A stretch of DNA of 50,973 nt, taken from the sequence record SRR20825019_12, one strand, 5' to 3'. A model generated the notes under the pieces. That model was not told the origin of the DNA. It worked only from the letters and a program-made list of their open reading frames with translations, and ran no database searches. Position 1 is the stretch's first letter. Every line of letters starts with the position of its first letter. A program made the translations under genes and the position numbers. This document shows positions 50,033 through 50,973 of this stretch, piece by piece.

Positions 50033-50905
50033 ATGAAAAAAGTTTTTCTAGGAACATTGGCAATGACGATTCTATTATCCTCTTGCGTATCGCAAAAGAA
50101 ATATGCCGAATTGGAGGCCAAGCACAAAGAAACACAAGACCTATTAAATTCCGCAACCGTTAAATTGAACGATTGTTTGGAAGATAAAGCAACCGCTGAC
50201 TCTAGGTTGAAAACTCTCGAAGACCAAAATGCATTCCTTAAAGCGAACAACCAAGAACTCATAAACAATATGGGCAACTTGACTACGCTTACCACAAAAG
50301 GTGCTGAAAACCTTGAAAAGTCTTTGGAAAGCCTTAAAGAAAAAGACCTTACCATTAGAAAACTGCAAGATGCCGTTACACGTAGAGATTCTGTTAACCT
50401 TTCTTTGGTACAGAGCTTAAAAGGTGTATTGGGCAACTTGGACGATGAAGACATCGAAATCAGTGTTGAAAAAGGTGTTGTATTCGTTTCTATCTCTGAC
50501 AAACTATTGTTTAGAAGCGGAAGCTACAACGTAACCAACGCTGCTAAAGAAGTACTTGGCAAAGTAGCCAAAGTAGTGAACAACAAGCCTGATTTTGAAT
50601 TTATGGTAGAAGGTCACACAGATAACGTACCTTACAGAAGCGGTGTTCTACTTGACAACTGGGATTTGAGTGCCAAAAGAGCAACATCCGTTGTTAGAAT
50701 ACTACAAGATGATTTTGGTGTAGATCCTGCAAGAATGACTGCTGCCGGACGTAGCTACTACGTGCCACTAGTAGGTAACGATACTTCTGCAAACAGAGCC
50801 AAAAACAGAAGAACAAGAATTGTTGTACTTCCAAAAATCGATCAGTTCTATAGCATGATCGAAGAAGGAATGAAGGATCCAGCAATCGGTGGTTCTGGTA
50901 AATAA
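50033..50905 (+). CDS. OmpA/MotB-family peptidoglycan-binding lipoprotein
   Basis: Lipobox LSSC, coiled coil, VEGHTD, NWDLSAKRA and NRR motifs. Confidence 0.9.
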   Translation: MKKVFLGTLAMTILLSSCVSQKKYAELEAKHKETQDLLNSATVKLNDCLEDKATADSRLKTLEDQNAFLKANNQELINNMGNLTTLTTKGAENLEKSLESLKEKDLTIRKLQDAVTRRDSVNLSLVQSLKGVLGNLDDEDIEISVEKGVVFVSISDKLLFRSGSYNVTNAAKEVLGKVAKVVNNKPDFEFMVEGHTDNVPYRSGVLLDNWDLSAKRATSVVRILQDDFGVDPARMTAAGRSYYVPLVGNDTSANRAKNRRTRIVVLPKIDQFYSMIEEGMKDPAIGGSGK

Positions 50906-50973
50906 GAAATAAGCTTAAGCTTTAAAAGAAAAGCGGCCAAATTGGCAGTCATGGTCGGAAGATTATTCTTCCG

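Noticed and set aside
50033-50905. Flagellar motor protein MotB
   Set aside because: It is a lipoprotein with no MotA partner or flagellar genes; a generic OmpA-like peptidoglycan-binding protein.

Overview
A 51 kb chromosomal segment from a Flavobacteriaceae (Bacteroidota) genome. The assignment rests on TAnnTTTG-type promoters, lipoproteins and gene content, and the region looks Muricauda/Flagellimonas-like. About 40 CDS are present. From ~12.3 kb onward it is mostly housekeeping: aroC, glmM, ggt, uvrA, holA, a fused 2-oxoacid dehydrogenase E1, a lipid A acyltransferase and an OmpA lipoprotein. It also holds a non-canonical LexA-like SOS module, an XRE-S24 repressor divergent from radical SAM/TIGR03915 genes with four GGA-N5-TCC boxes. 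The first ~12 kb are accessory. They contain (i) a surface-lipoprotein cholesterol-dependent-cytolysin-like gene divergent from a TPR-LuxR regulator, with TGGACA direct repeats; (ii) a small orphan ORF whose leader has a phage C4/CI-like antisense RNA architecture; and (iii) the most notable element, an AT-rich array (~8.08-12.18 kb) of co-oriented, unrelated short genes. These genes are separated by a repeated intergenic element with integron attC-like AAC...GTT ends, and no integrase lies in the window. REP-like hairpin repeats, one with a compensatory stem change, are scattered through the window. No rRNA, tRNA, CRISPR array, transposase or integrase was seen. All family calls come from motif recognition by eye, not database searches.
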